From Guillardia theta CCMP2712 (taxonomy: Eukaryota > Protista > Cryptophyta), in assembly GCF_000315625.1 (NCBI RefSeq), contig NW_005434642.1, positions 221,131 to 285,130 of the forward strand: a stretch of 64,000 nt of DNA. The letters are read 5' to 3'. The notes beneath the pieces are model-generated. The model was not told the origin of the DNA and searched no databases. It saw only the letters and a program-made list of their open reading frames with translations. Within the stretch, counting starts at the first letter, position 1. The number at the start of each line of letters is the position of its first letter. Of the stretch, positions 49,303 through 61,599 are shown in pieces. Made by a program: the position numbers and the translations under genes.

Positions 49303-51528
49303 TCATCGAGGACTCCTCTCCTCAATATATTCTCTATCAATCGAGTTCCCCATTGTTGGACCGGGATCAGGGCTTCTTCCGTCCCTATCTTGTAACGAGT
49401 AAACCGACATCCTTCGGTAGTCCCCGGTCTTCCCGTTGAGCAAGCCGTCAGTCTGATATTCTCGTTTCAACACATTGTTGGTTTTTGCCTTCAAATCCTT
49501 CACAGAGTCTGCGATCATAGAGACTTGATGTATCACATTCTCAAATTCTTGCCAACTCCATTCAACTATCTGATTCATTTTCTCCTGTTCAGCATTTTCT
49601 TCTGCTATTTCTTTGGCTGCGATCAACTCGTCATCATTTTCGCTGTCACTTGAAAACTTGAAACTTGGTATGAACATTAACAGAATCTGAAGCCATCTCA
49701 AGAGAACAATTCTAGCATGCTTGCGGATCTCTGAGGAGATGTAGTCTTCATACTTCTTGTTTTTCATTTCATAGTAAGATTGCATCAGTGTGACGACGAA
49801 CATGTTGATTAAGATGATGGCGTATGTGACCTGAAACGAGATAAACAGTACACTGGCCAGAAATTGATCAAAGGATATCACGTTTCGATAGGAAATAACG
49901 TTGAAAGTCCACGTAACAAGAGTGGAGAGAGCTTGATTGAAACTTTCAAAGCCATCAACCTCCGGGCCAAACGCAAGATAAAATGCTTGTGCATACGCAA
50001 GAATGATGATAAGGAGAATGAAAAACCAGGGAATGCATTGTTGCCCACACTTCCAAAGAATATGAATGATGAGCTCTGTTGATCGACTTATGTACTTGGG
50101 GAATTCAAGTAGCTTCAACCAGCCAAAGAGTGATATGAATGCAAGTAGACATTGTGCCTGATTGTAGAGGAAGCCGACATACTCAAAGTCATTCACGTCA
50201 AGATTGTCCAAGGACGTAAAGACTTCGTTGAGGGAAAGCATTCCAGGAGTTTGTTCTAGATTAACTTTAGTGGCCAACCAAGCGAAGTAAAATGCATAGA
50301 TTACTATGTTGAAGAAGTGATAGTAATTGCTGTAGTGGATCTCAATACCTACCTTTCGCAAGGTGTTCAGTTCAAGTAGGAGGTGCATCATCGCTAAAGC
50401 AAAGAATCCATATTCCATATAGTATAGAATGACCTCTACTCGTTGACCTGACACATATGCTGCCTTGAAAACCCTGAAAGAATAAGAAGGACGAACATCA
50501 CCATACGGCATGAATTCAAAGAATATCCTAGTAGAAAGATAGAAACTGAAGACGCTGTTGAAGGATACTATGTCAATGAATACTGCACGAGTTCCTTGGT
50601 CTACCCAATAGATTCTCTTGAGGTATTCAATCATGCTTGTAACTTCTTCTGGCTTTGTCAACAAGGGAATGTCAATCACATAACCACCGCCGGGATAGAT
50701 CATAGTCGCGTTGTACCCTCCAAATGGAAACGTTTTCAGCTGACTCCCTGTTTGATACTGCAGCATCGAACCAGCCGGCCATCCACTCCGGGGAGCTTTG
50801 CTCTCAAACTGAGCCTTGTAAGCAGGCCAACAGCCGTCGAGCTCGCTAGACATGAATTTGTTGTTCTGGCATGTTATTGGACTTTGCTTGTCGACGTGCA
50901 GTTGCCTTATCCGGACTGGCTGGATCAGTGGGTCTTGACCGTGCACGTATAAGATGCCTGACTTAGCATCTGAAGCATCGCTGACCACCATAGTCTTTGG
51001 ATCATACTTGCAGGCAAACAACAAGTTCATCAATCCTGCAGAGAAGAAGTTCCAGAAATCGTCAACGTCAACGATTTCCTCAAAAGTCTTGGTTTTATCA
51101 AATGCATCAAAATGAATAGAAAAAATGGATTTCTGTGCGCTTTGAAGTAGCATGCTACCATTGCTGTAGTCGTACTTAATGAAAGTAACCACAGTAAACG
51201 CCACAAGGAAGAGAACGTAAGCTCGAAACTCCAAGTACTTCGTCCTTCCATACCGTTTGATAGCCATCGGGAGATTGGTCTTCGCATCAATACTAAGCCC
51301 TGCGTTGATAGCTATTCTACTTGCCTCATTGTTGGCAACATCATTCAAACCATCAGTCAAGATGGTGAATGTTTTCTCTTGTACTTGTGTCCTCCTGTTT
51401 TCAAGCACTTCCCAAGCCAATTCACAATCATAGACTTTCCCCACCAACCTCTCGTTTGGGATAGTGCCGTGGTCCGTAACAAATGATTCATCGAAAACCT
51501 TCCTACTTGGAAATTGTTTCAAGCTCAT
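49303..51528 (-). CDS. Polycystin-2 (PKD2/TRPP)-like channel protein, single exon
   Basis: TFEEIVDVDDFWNF; PVRIRQLHV..C; YPGGGYVIDI; WVDQGTRAVFID; FEFMPYG; WLKLL; AFYLAFG..F.SF; LINMF..YYEMK; six TM segments. Confidence 0.9.
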   Translation of the reverse strand: MSLKQFPSRKVFDESFVTDHGTIPNERLVGKVYDCELAWEVLENRRTQVQEKTFTILTDGLNDVANNEASRIAINAGLSIDAKTNLPMAIKRYGRTKYLEFRAYVLFLVAFTVVTFIKYDYSNGSMLLQSAQKSIFSIHFDAFDKTKTFEEIVDVDDFWNFFSAGLMNLLFACKYDPKTMVVSDASDAKSGILYVHGQDPLIQPVRIRQLHVDKQSPITCQNNKFMSSELDGCWPAYKAQFESKAPRSGWPAGSMLQYQTGSQLKTFPFGGYNATMIYPGGGYVIDIPLLTKPEEVTSMIEYLKRIYWVDQGTRAVFIDIVSFNSVFSFYLSTRIFFEFMPYGDVRPSYSFRVFKAAYVSGQRVEVILYYMEYGFFALAMMHLLLELNTLRKVGIEIHYSNYYHFFNIVIYAFYFAWLATKVNLEQTPGMLSLNEVFTSLDNLDVNDFEYVGFLYNQAQCLLAFISLFGWLKLLEFPKYISRSTELIIHILWKCGQQCIPWFFILLIIILAYAQAFYLAFGPEVDGFESFNQALSTLVTWTFNVISYRNVISFDQFLASVLFISFQVTYAIILINMFVVTLMQSYYEMKNKKYEDYISSEIRKHARIVLLRWLQILLMFIPSFKFSSDSENDDELIAAKEIAEENAEQEKMNQIVEWSWQEFENVIHQVSMIADSVKDLKAKTNNVLKREYQTDGLLNGKTGDYRRMSVYSLQDRDGRSPDPGPTMGNSIDREYIEERSPR

Positions 51529-52586
51529 TTTCAATACAAAACACCAACAGTCTTCACAGCCTTGCCATTTCTCGTCACCTGCGGGATCTGTCAGATTTGA
51601 TTTTTGAGTCTGGTGTCTCTGTTCGAAGGAGAATCCTCACTCGAAGTGATCCCCTCTTTCCCTCTCCCCTAGGTCTCTCCGTTCATCCATCCATCCATCA
51701 GAGTCCATCCATCGGGCGGCCCATTCCTCCCTCCCTCCCTCCCTCCCTCCCTCCCTCCCTCCCTCTGCTTCTCTCCTTCTCTCCTTCTCTCCTTCTCTCC
51801 TCAGTTCTCTCTCCCTTCCTCTCCCCCTCTCCACCCACTCCTTCTCTCCCTCCCTCCCTCCCTCCCTCCCTCTGCTTCTCTGCTTCTCTGCTTCTCTGCT
51901 TCTCTGCTTCTCTGCTTCTGAGTCTCCTCAGTTCTCACTCCCTCTCCCTCTCCCTCGAGTCTCTCCAGCAGGCTCATGCCATGCTGCTCGTCTCAACTTC
52001 AAGGCAACTTGCCGCACTGATGAGAAGGGCCGGCAGTTGTGTTCAGCACTAAAATCATAAAATATGGTCAGTACCAAGATTTTATATAATTTGTACGGCT
52101 ACTTGTTGTATATAAATTTGTACCCGCAGTGAAAATACAGTTTTAAAAATGAAACATGATTACCTAATCGGATTTTGTCTGGCAAGACTCCTCAATGACC
52201 ACCCCTTTCTTGAGATCAGTACCGGTGCAAAAGTAATGCATTTTGACCTATAAAGTACCCCTACTGGATAACCCCACCAAGATCCCAAGTCTACTACCCC
52301 TCTTGTCCTGTCCCCTCCGTCTTGTCCACGAGCCGACGCCAATGCAGTGAGCAGCAGGTAAGGACGAGGAGGACGAGGAGGACGAGGACGAGGAGGACGA
52401 GGACGAGGAAGAGGAGGAACAGGGAAGGCCGGGGAGGATCGGATGGCAGAGAGAGAATGTTTGTAGATCTCTTCCTGCTCAAAGAACATGTGACTTTACC
52501 GAACTTATCGCCTTATTGCAGAGCAGTCTGTAACGTCTCTTGCATCCAGCTCACCCGGAAGATCAGGGATTGCTGGTCATTCAAGA

Positions 52587-55500
52587 ATGCTGGCCTATCA
52601 ATCGTTTACCCTCTTGGCTTGTTTGATTTGCCTGCCCTTCGTTTCCTCATTATACGAAGATCAGGTATGATATTTCACCAATTTACTGGGATGACTGGAC
52701 TGACTATGCAATTCCAGGCGGGGTTGAACGATTTCCATGTACAAAATATCGGAAAACCCACATCACTGTTGTTTCACCCTGATCCGCACAAACGCAGGCT
52801 ATTCTTTGCAACTGTAAGTGCTGATTCTTTGTTTAGTCTGGTCATCTGAATTTTAATGCACCACAGGATCTCAACATCATCGGTGCGTTGGACAGCAAGC
52901 ATGGCACGATCCTGTGGAGACACAGTCTTGGAAATGAAGAAATCAATGCGATCGAATACAGTGGCAGATTCTTGGTAATATTAAGCCAGGCGCTTTGAAC
53001 TTGGTTTCTCCTAATGAAGTTGCTTTCTGCTAGGCTTCGTTGAGTGGGAGAGGAAAGATTGTCAGAGTATGGAATGCAGCTGATGGTGTCTTGATTTGGG
53101 ATCAGCCTACCAACTCAGAGGCTGACGACAGCCGACGAGACTTGAAGTTTTCCATCAGATTCGCCGACGTGAATGGCGATGACGTGGAGGATGTTATCGT
53201 GGCTACTGGGAACATGGTGCTAGTATTCTCAACATCGAACGGAAGAAAAATGTGATACATTTGAAACATATTACGTCGAGGTTGTTGACTTGTGTTGCCT
53301 CAAGGTGGGAGTGGAAGTCTAGGAAGACCAACATCAAGGACGCGGAGATTCTGTTCGCGGATGCCAAGAATGTCCAGGTGGTTGCGGTCGATTCGAACAA
53401 GGTTGATCGAGATCCCATGGTTGCCAAGATAAATTCAAAAGATGGCTCCACTATCGCAGACTTTGGCAAGGCCATTGAGGGAGCGTCCAAGTGCGATAGT
53501 GTCTCTTCCAACTACGGGGGGGTCCTGGCATGTCTTCAAGCGTCTTCAAGTTCTGTCCATTTTTTCAAGGCCGAAACAGGAAAGCGATGGACAAGCTCGG
53601 TCGCATCGCAAGCGAGCAAGGAAGCGGTTTCCGTTGAGCTGCTGAAGAGTGATGAGATGATGATTGTGCGCTATGTGAATCAAGCAGCCATAGTTGCAAG
53701 TCTAGATGAAGGGACAGCGAAGGTTTTGCACACATTCGAAGGTCAACCGGGCACGCTGATCTCGTATGGAAGCGACAAGAATGGAGACGTTCTGGTTGCA
53801 CAAGCTCAACCCACTAGCAAGGGGTTGGTGCTGAAGAGCTTTCATTTGAAGACCAAGGAATTGGTGACGAATGAGATTGCCTCGTCGATCTGGTCCAAGG
53901 AGGAGAATGGCAGTATCGAGATGATGGCCGTCAATCCATATGTTCGTAAGGATGGTTCTGGAGGCCTGAGACTTCTTCTGCTGTCGGAGAACTACGCCTT
54001 GACCCTGTTCCAGCAAGGATCCGTCCTGTGGGAGCGGCACGAGGCTCTTGCATACATTACAGAAGCGGAGCTTGTCGATCTGCCTTTGCCTGCGCTTTCG
54101 CACAATGAGTTGCTTGATGAGAATGTCATCAACTCACTGAATCCAATCTCTCGATTAGTCCGCAGATGCATCGCTGACATGACCGATCTCATTGACTTCC
54201 TCATGAAATCATCCCAGGTAAACCCGTGTTCCGTCCTTGTGTGGCTTCCTGACAACCCTCCGAAAGTTGCAGACCGGGGCGAGCACGAGGCAAAGAGCTG
54301 CGTGGGATGAAGTTGGCGTGAGCTTGAAGCATGACATGCACGGGGATCGCTTCGGCTTCAATAAGATTCTTGTCTTCGTCACCTCCCCTGGTATGGTGTT
54401 TGGCATGCACTCTCAGACAGGCAACATCGTGTGGAAGAAATTTTACGGCAATGACGCAATCTTGGAGCGCTTTTTCTTGACGAAGGCAACTTCACCTGAT
54501 GGCCAGCTGGAGTGCCTCGTGCTGGGGCGATCAAAGCAGAACTCAGGGCACACGTTCGTCGCCTGGATGCAGCCACTGACAGGAGCTGAGACTTCGAGGA
54601 AGGTAATGATCTTATATCCCTGTTGTGCTGGTCAGCTGGGAGTGAGGTGAACGTTGCAGGTGCTGCCTGTCAAAGTGATCCAGGCGTCCCTTGTGCCACT
54701 CCTGACGCAGAAGCACTCGTACATGGTAATGATGATGGACAGCGCGCACAAGGTCCACCTGCTCCCCGACACGCCCAAGACCCGTGAAGCCTTCCGGAAG
54801 CGAGCTTTGCACGTCGTCTTCTACCTGGTGGACAAGGAGAGGTCGGCGATCGACGGGTTTGGCATGCGCGAGGTCGGCGATGAGATGAGAGGAGAAGTCA
54901 TCTGGACCGTGGCGTTTCCCAAGGGGGAGAAACTGCTCACGATCTCGGCTCAGCGGATGAACGAGGCCATCAGGTCTGCGGGAAGAGTCCTTGGAAACCG
55001 CGCGGTCCTCCTGAAGTACCTTAACAAGAATCTCCTTGCCGTTGCTACCGCGACGCAGGAGAGGAACGAGAGGATTGGGCAAGCAGATCCTGTTGTACGA
55101 GTGTACCTCATCGACACCGTGATCGGCGCCATCGTTCACACGGCATCGCACAAGGATGCTACTGGACCTGTTGAGATCGTTCAGTCGGAGAATGTTGTCA
55201 TATACACGTGAGTATCTCCTCCTCTTTCCCCCCTCCTCTACCTTTCTCACATGTCGCGATGCCTTGACTTCCTTGTTCCCTATTGTTGCCATCCTATCTC
55301 TGTCATTGTGAACTAGTGGCCGACAACATGGCAGGTTGTGGAACAACAAGAAGCAACGCAACGAGATTGCTGTCTTGGAGCTGTATGAGAACACCAAGCA
55401 CGAGATCATGACAGCCGGAGAGATGATGATGTACAACGACAGCAAGACGACCTACACCAGCCATGCTCTCGACAAGCCGCGCGTGCTGTCTCAGACTTAC

Positions 55501-56017
55501 ATCACCCACACGGCGTTCAAGACCATGGCGGTCGCCCATACCATGCACGGCATCACCACCAAGAACGTCATAGCCGCGCTTGCTTCGGATCAAATCTTCA
55601 GCATCGACAAAAAGCTCTTGGACCCTCGCAGGCCCATCGGAAAGCCTTCGCCCGACGACATGGAGGAAGGGCTCATGCCCTACAGCCCCTTCCTCCCTGT
55701 GATGCCGACCGCCGTCCTCTCCTACAACCGCACCATCCTGCAGCTGAGGAAGATTGTTGTGGCACCAGCGCGTATCGAGTCGACCTGCCTGATGGTGGCG
55801 GTTGGAGCAGACGTTTTCTTCTCGCGGGTGACGCCAGCCAAGGCCTTCGACTGCCTTGGAGACGACTTCAACTACACCTCCCTCGTGCTCTCCACCTTGG
55901 CGCTCATGATCTTGTCATGGGTTGTGAGCTGGTGCCTTGCCTTGCTGTGCTGCTGCCAGTTGCTGACTCCTTTGCAGGTTCCAGGCCAAGCGTGAGCTTT
56001 CACAAGCATGGAAGTGA
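52587..56017 (+). CDS. EMC1: ER membrane protein complex subunit 1
   Basis: Signal peptide then LYEDQ|AG; GTILWRH; LWERHEALA; DRFGFNKILV; GRVLGNRAVLLKYLNKNL; LLDPRRP..EEGLMPYSP; IESTCL; FDCLGDDFNY plus C-terminal TM; ends LSQAWK*. Confidence 0.95.
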
Positions 56018-56387
56018 AGATATTGAAAAGGAGAGAGAGGAGGCGGAGGAGAGCGGGATCGAGGAAAGAAAGAACGAGGAGCGATATGGAAGAACAAGGG
56101 GAGGAGATAGGAGAATTGAAGTCTCATATGCTAGAATACACGTGAAAAGGCAATAGCACATGCGCTGCAAACTGCAAGAAATCCGCATGACGGCGGGGAG
56201 AAAGAGGAGAAGGTGTGGAGGAGTTGAGTACGCAGATTCGAGATCCCTCCCTCCTTAACCCTCTGCTTTAGAAAAGCCACTCAAAGTCTCAGATTGTTCT
56301 TCGCTTCATCTCAGTCACAGAAGCGAGTTTTTCTTCTCATGTTAAAATACACGTGAGTGCCGCTCGGCTCCTTCACGCTCGCCTACT

Positions 56388-59300
56388 TCATATGCGCGCT
56401 GAGAACTCAAACCGGAAGCGAAAGTCGCCATGGACTACACTGAGCGACCGGCCCGCGAGGAAGGCAACGGGGTCACCCCCCGTCCAAGGAGGAGCGGCGC
56501 TCTCGTCCTTGACCCGAAAGAGCTCGTGCGAGTGAACTTTCTTCACCTTGGCCCTGCTCGCTTCACCTTCGGGCAGGCTAGGGGAGGCAGGAGCAGCAGG
56601 TTCTGTCTTCTTCCTCTTGCCTGCCCCCCTGCTCTGCCCTCCATCGTTCTTCCTCTTCCTCGTGCTCCCCTTCATCCAGTCCTCTGCGGTATCAGCCTCC
56701 ATCAGCTTCCTCTCGAACATCTTGTCCGACATGTTGGACCAGTCGAACTTGTTCGTCCGGTCTACCTCCTTGCTCACCCTCTGTCCCCTCCCATACCCGG
56801 CGCTCTCCCTGTACATATCCTCCGCGTCCAGCTTGACGAGCCTGAGCTGCGATCGAGGGAAGCTGAGCTCCTCGCCGTTGACAGAGACGATGAAGGTGTT
56901 GGGGTTCGACACAGTGGTTACGATGCCTGTCTGTGTCTCGAGGGAGGTGGAGGATGTGGAATCAGCGAGGATGATGACTTTGTCGTCGATGAAGATGGGC
57001 TCTCCCAGCAGCCATTGCGGGATTTCATCGTCCGTCATGAGGCGTGGGAGCGGCTTCTTGCCCGTCCTCGCGTACTCTTCCTCCTGTCGAGCCTTCTCCT
57101 TCATGTCCATCTCGTTGAACAGGTCGATCTCCTCTTGCGATCGCGCAATGAGCTCGTTCACCTCCTCGTCCGTGTGCACCTGCTCCTTCGCCTGCTCCAT
57201 CTTGCTCTCGAACTCCTTCGCCAGCTTCTGCTTCAGTAACTCGTGCGTGTCCTCCACGTCGGTCCGCAGGTTGAACCTCCCGGTCTCGATCGCCAGGTCC
57301 TCGTTCGCCAGCCTCGTCTGCGCCCTCTTGTTTACCTTCTCCTCCACTGTGTTGGGGGTGATGAGTCGCAGGACGAGGCACTGCTTCGTCTGCCCCAGTC
57401 TGTGCACGCGGGCCTTTGCCTGCTCGTCCATCATCGGGTTCCAGTCGCTATCGTAGATGATGACCGTGTCAGCTGTCTGGAGGGGTGGTCAAGGGGGAAT
57501 AGGACCGGTGTTGCATGCTCACCTGCAGGTTGATCCCCTGGCCTCCTGCCCGCGTCGAGAGCATGAAGATGAAGTATTCGGAGTCTTCGGCATTCCACAG
57601 CTTCATCATGTTGATCCTGTCTTCGGAGGAGCTCTCTCCGGACAAGACAAGATGCTTGTATCTTTTCATCTCGCAATACCTGCGACACAATCATCATGGG
57701 ATGAAAGTAACGAGGACAGATATGAGAAGGAATGGTGATGAGAAGAGGAGCGAAGAGAAGATCGGAGGGGGGAGGCAGAGGTGATCGAGTCATCGGCATG
57801 ATGATAACGAGAAGGAGGAAGAGGAGGAGGAGGAGGAGGAGGAGGAGTATGAACGAGGGGAGGAGAACAAGAATTACCCCTGGAGGATGTGTAGTAACTT
57901 GACCATCTGGCTGTAGATGAGCACGCGATGATCCGCCGCTTGCAGCTTAGGCAGGATGCGGTCGAGGAGCTCAAGTTTCCCGCAGGAGCGAATGAGAAAC
58001 TCGTTGCCGAGGAAGTACTCGTCGAAGAGGAAGGGATGGTTGCAAACCTTGCGGAGCTGGGCGACTCGATTGTTCATCTTCTTCTGCTTCGCGTTGCCGT
58101 ACGTGTCTTGTGTCATGAGGACGTGATTCTCCGTCTGCAGATCGACACGCCCGCGGTCAGTAAGTGAACGCTCGTTGGCGCGGGGAGACGGGGAGGGACA
58201 AGATGAAAGCAGCAAGGAGAGAGAATGAAAAATGCAGAGAGAAGAAGGGAGGAGCGAGGAGGGAGGAGGGAGGAGGGAGGAGGGAGGAGGGAGGAGCGAG
58301 GAGGGAGGTAGTCTACAATGAGGAGAGAGGGTGAGACAGAAGGTGGGCATGCAGACGGCAGCAGAACGGCGCAGGGGGTTGAGCTGGTCGACCTGGAGGT
58401 AGAGAACTTTCTGCAACGAGGAGAACTCGCACTTGAGGATGTTCTCGCGGGTCTCCGGGAGCTGCATGATGTCTTTGAGATCAGCTTTCAGCCTCCTCGT
58501 CATGAAAGGGCGCAAGATGGCGTGAAGGCACTTGATCAGAAACTCCTTCTCCTCGTCGTCCACCTGAGGGGATGGGCGTCAGTCTGGGAGGTCAGCGAGA
58601 ACTTCTGGGTGCTCACGTCAACTTCGTCGTCTCCCGTCCTGAAAGGTTTCGAGAACCATTCTTGAAAGTCCTCGTTGGTGTCGAAGACCTGGAGATTCGG
58701 GAAGGGGGGAAAGCAGCGCAACGCACGGGAGAAAGGGGGGAACGAAGGAGATGCGAGGAGGAGGGGAGAGAGACGACGGTAGGAGGGGCAGACAAGACAG
58801 AAGAATGTCATTCGCTGATGATCCTCTCCTCACTTCTGACCTCGGGCAACAGAAAGTTGAGAAGAGACCAGAGTTCATGGATCTCATTCTGCAGGAGCAA
58901 ACACGAGTCAACGGCCGGGATATGACCACGAGGAAGCGAGAGAGCAGAAAGAGCAAAGATCAACAATGGAAGGGAGCTGGAAGAGAGGAGAAAAAGAGAG
59001 GAGGAGGAGAGAGGAGGAGGAGAGGAGGAGGAGAGACGAGGAGGAGAGGGGAGAGAGGACGGGAGGAGGGGAGGGGAAGTGAGCTAAGGTCAGAAGACGA
59101 GCCTGCAGCGGGGTCCCCGATAGGATCAGTCGATGACTGGCCCTGTAGCCATTGCGTCCGGTCAAGCACGAGAAGAGCTTGCTCTCCCTATTCTTCAGTC
59201 GATGTCCCTCGTCGACCACCAGGTAGGCCCACTGAACCGCCTTGAGCCTCTTGGAGTCCACCTTGTCCATCACAAGCTCGTACTGCAGCCTCCATCAGCT

Positions 59301-61044
59301 TCCTCCTCCCTCCTCCTTCATCCGGCGACTGTGTACCTGCACTATGAGGACGTTGAAGTTCCCAGTCTTGATCTGAGTGTTGAAGAGCTCCTTCCTCTCC
59401 GCCGGCGTCCCCTTGTAGACGATCGCGTTCACCTGAGCACGGGGACAGGGTCAGCAGCTGTTTCCCAGCATCGGGTCAGACCGTTGGGGCCCATCGCTCG
59501 AATTCATTTTGCCAGTTGGACAGGGTGGAGAGGGGAGCGATAACCATGAAGGGACCATATTGATGTTTCTTCTCGATGAGGTGAGTTATCATTCCGATCA
59601 CCTGCAACATGTCACCCGACAGCGTTTGCAGACTTGCAAGCCTCGATCATGAAGGCCATGGAGAACACGTGCAGTCACGGAAGAGATGAGGAAGGGAGAT
59701 CACCTGCACTGTCTTGCCCAAACCCATCTCATCCGCAAGAATCCCGCTCAAATTGTTGTTATACAGATTTACCAACCAATTCACCCCTTCGATCTGATAC
59801 GCTTTCAGCTTCAAGCTCTCATCTCCCATGATAGTAGCCTGCAGAAAACTTCAGCAGACATGGAGGCAAAGCAAGAAAGCATGTCATGTATCACTTGCTC
59901 TTCGATCACTTCATTGACCGGCATGTTGAACATGTAGGTCGTCAATGCAGATCTCTCCATCCCATCCATGTTCATTCCAACCTGACAAGTGGCATGAGAC
60001 AGATCGACTTGCAAGCTCATCATACGCTCTCTGCAACTGCCGCTGTCTGTTTGTTGATGTTTGCCCCTAGCTTGATCATGTAATCATCCATTTTTTGCAG
60101 GACTTCCTTCATCCTCTCATTCTTGGAGTCTTGGATGTGTTTGCGATACTCCGCGATGTTGTCTGCCTGCAAGACTTGTACATCAAGAGCAGCGCAGAGC
60201 AGATGAGTTGCGAAACCTTGAGCGCCGCCATCCTCTCCCTCTTCTCCTTCTCAGCTTGCCGCTGCTTCTCTCTCTCCCTCTCTCGCACTTTGCGGACGAT
60301 CTCTTTGGTGAGCTTCCGCATGAGATCTCGCTGTTCCTTGAAGTGCTGTCGGAAAGCAGCATGCGCCTCCATCACGCCCTCAAGAAACTTCGTCTGCTTC
60401 ACTGCAACCTTCTTCAGATGCTCCACTTGGCTGATCTTAATCCAATCCTCCCGCGTCTCGTACTCGAACGACCTGCCGTCCGTCGCGCAGGGTCGCTGCA
60501 TGAAAGGGAGGACGTCGACTCCAGGGAGCCCTGAGAGCGGGTGCTCATCCACGACGTGCTGCCGAAGGCGTCTCTGTATGCAGTGCAACCTCAAAGTCGC
60601 CAGCTCGGTCTTGTTGCGAATGTCCTGCAGGCTCATGTTGGGAGGAGGCTTCTTAGAAGCCTGCAGCTCTTCCTCAAGGACTCTCCTCCTCTCCCGCATC
60701 CTTGCTTCTATCGCTCGCCATCTCGACGAGGCCCCTGCTTCCAGCTCTTGGAAGAACGTCAAGGGAAGGGACCAGAACTGCGGGTGTTGGGCCTTGCGTC
60801 TCCAGTCCGACCTGCACGCGACCGTTTACAAGGGGAGGAGGAGAGCATGGAAGAGGACGTACCCCTGTCTCTCTAGGTCCATGGCGGGGTGGGAAGCGGT
60901 GCTGCAGTCTTCAACGGTGCCTCCCGCGCTCTTCATCAAGGACACGGAGGGAGAAACGTCAGATTGGAGCAGCTTCACGATCTTCAACTGAGCTTGAAGC
61001 CGCTGCATGTTCAGCTCGCTCCATCCTGCCGACATCTCTGCCAT
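56388..61044 (-). CDS. SNF2/BRM-subfamily chromatin-remodelling ATPase (QLQ-like, HSA-like, helicase, SnAC; no bromodomain seen)
   Basis: [13 protein letters not shown] (QLQ-like); KERMAALK; [35 protein letters not shown]; DEGHRLKN; LILSGTPLQ|[15 protein letters not shown]; FQEWFSKPF; [12 protein letters not shown]; LSTRAGGQG; RVHRLGQ; [12 protein letters not shown] (SnAC). Confidence 0.93.
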
Positions 61045-61599
61045 GGACCGCCTGCTCTCGCCGTCCTCTCCTCTCACATCTTCGAGCCCTACCGCGCCAT
61101 GCAGGTTTGACTCAACAGGGTTTTTTATATTTGGATCGCACAAAAAATTTGAAGCCGGTAGGGAGGAGAGGGGGGAGGGAGAGGGGGGAGGAGAGGGGGG
61201 AGGCGAAGGGGACGAGGGAGGGGGAGGGGGACGAAGGGGACATGCAGCGGCTTCAAGCTCACGAAGGGGACGAGGGAGGGGAGGGAGGCGAAGGGGACGA
61301 GGGAGGGGAGGGAGTGAAGGGGGTACGAGAGGGTAGAGAAACGAAGAGCGAGGCGAGAAGAGATGAACTTGTAGGAGAGTGGAGACTCGGGATGAAGTGA
61401 AGACTTTTCAAACGGAAGCTAACTCAGGAATGAATAAAGAATATGGTTGCGGTCGTAGAGGAGCAGGAGCTGAGCATGAACAAGCTCGATGTTGCATGCT
61501 GCCCCTAGTTCTTCGACTTCTCCCCCGGGATCGAGTCGCCGCTGCAGGTCCTGGCCCCCACAAGTTCATCAGAATGACCAGCCCACAACAAGCATCTTC

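Noticed and set aside
52047-52131. CACTA...CAGTG ends suggesting a CACTA transposon
   Set aside because: Only 85 bp, the ends are not matching inverted repeats and there is no 3-bp target-site duplication.
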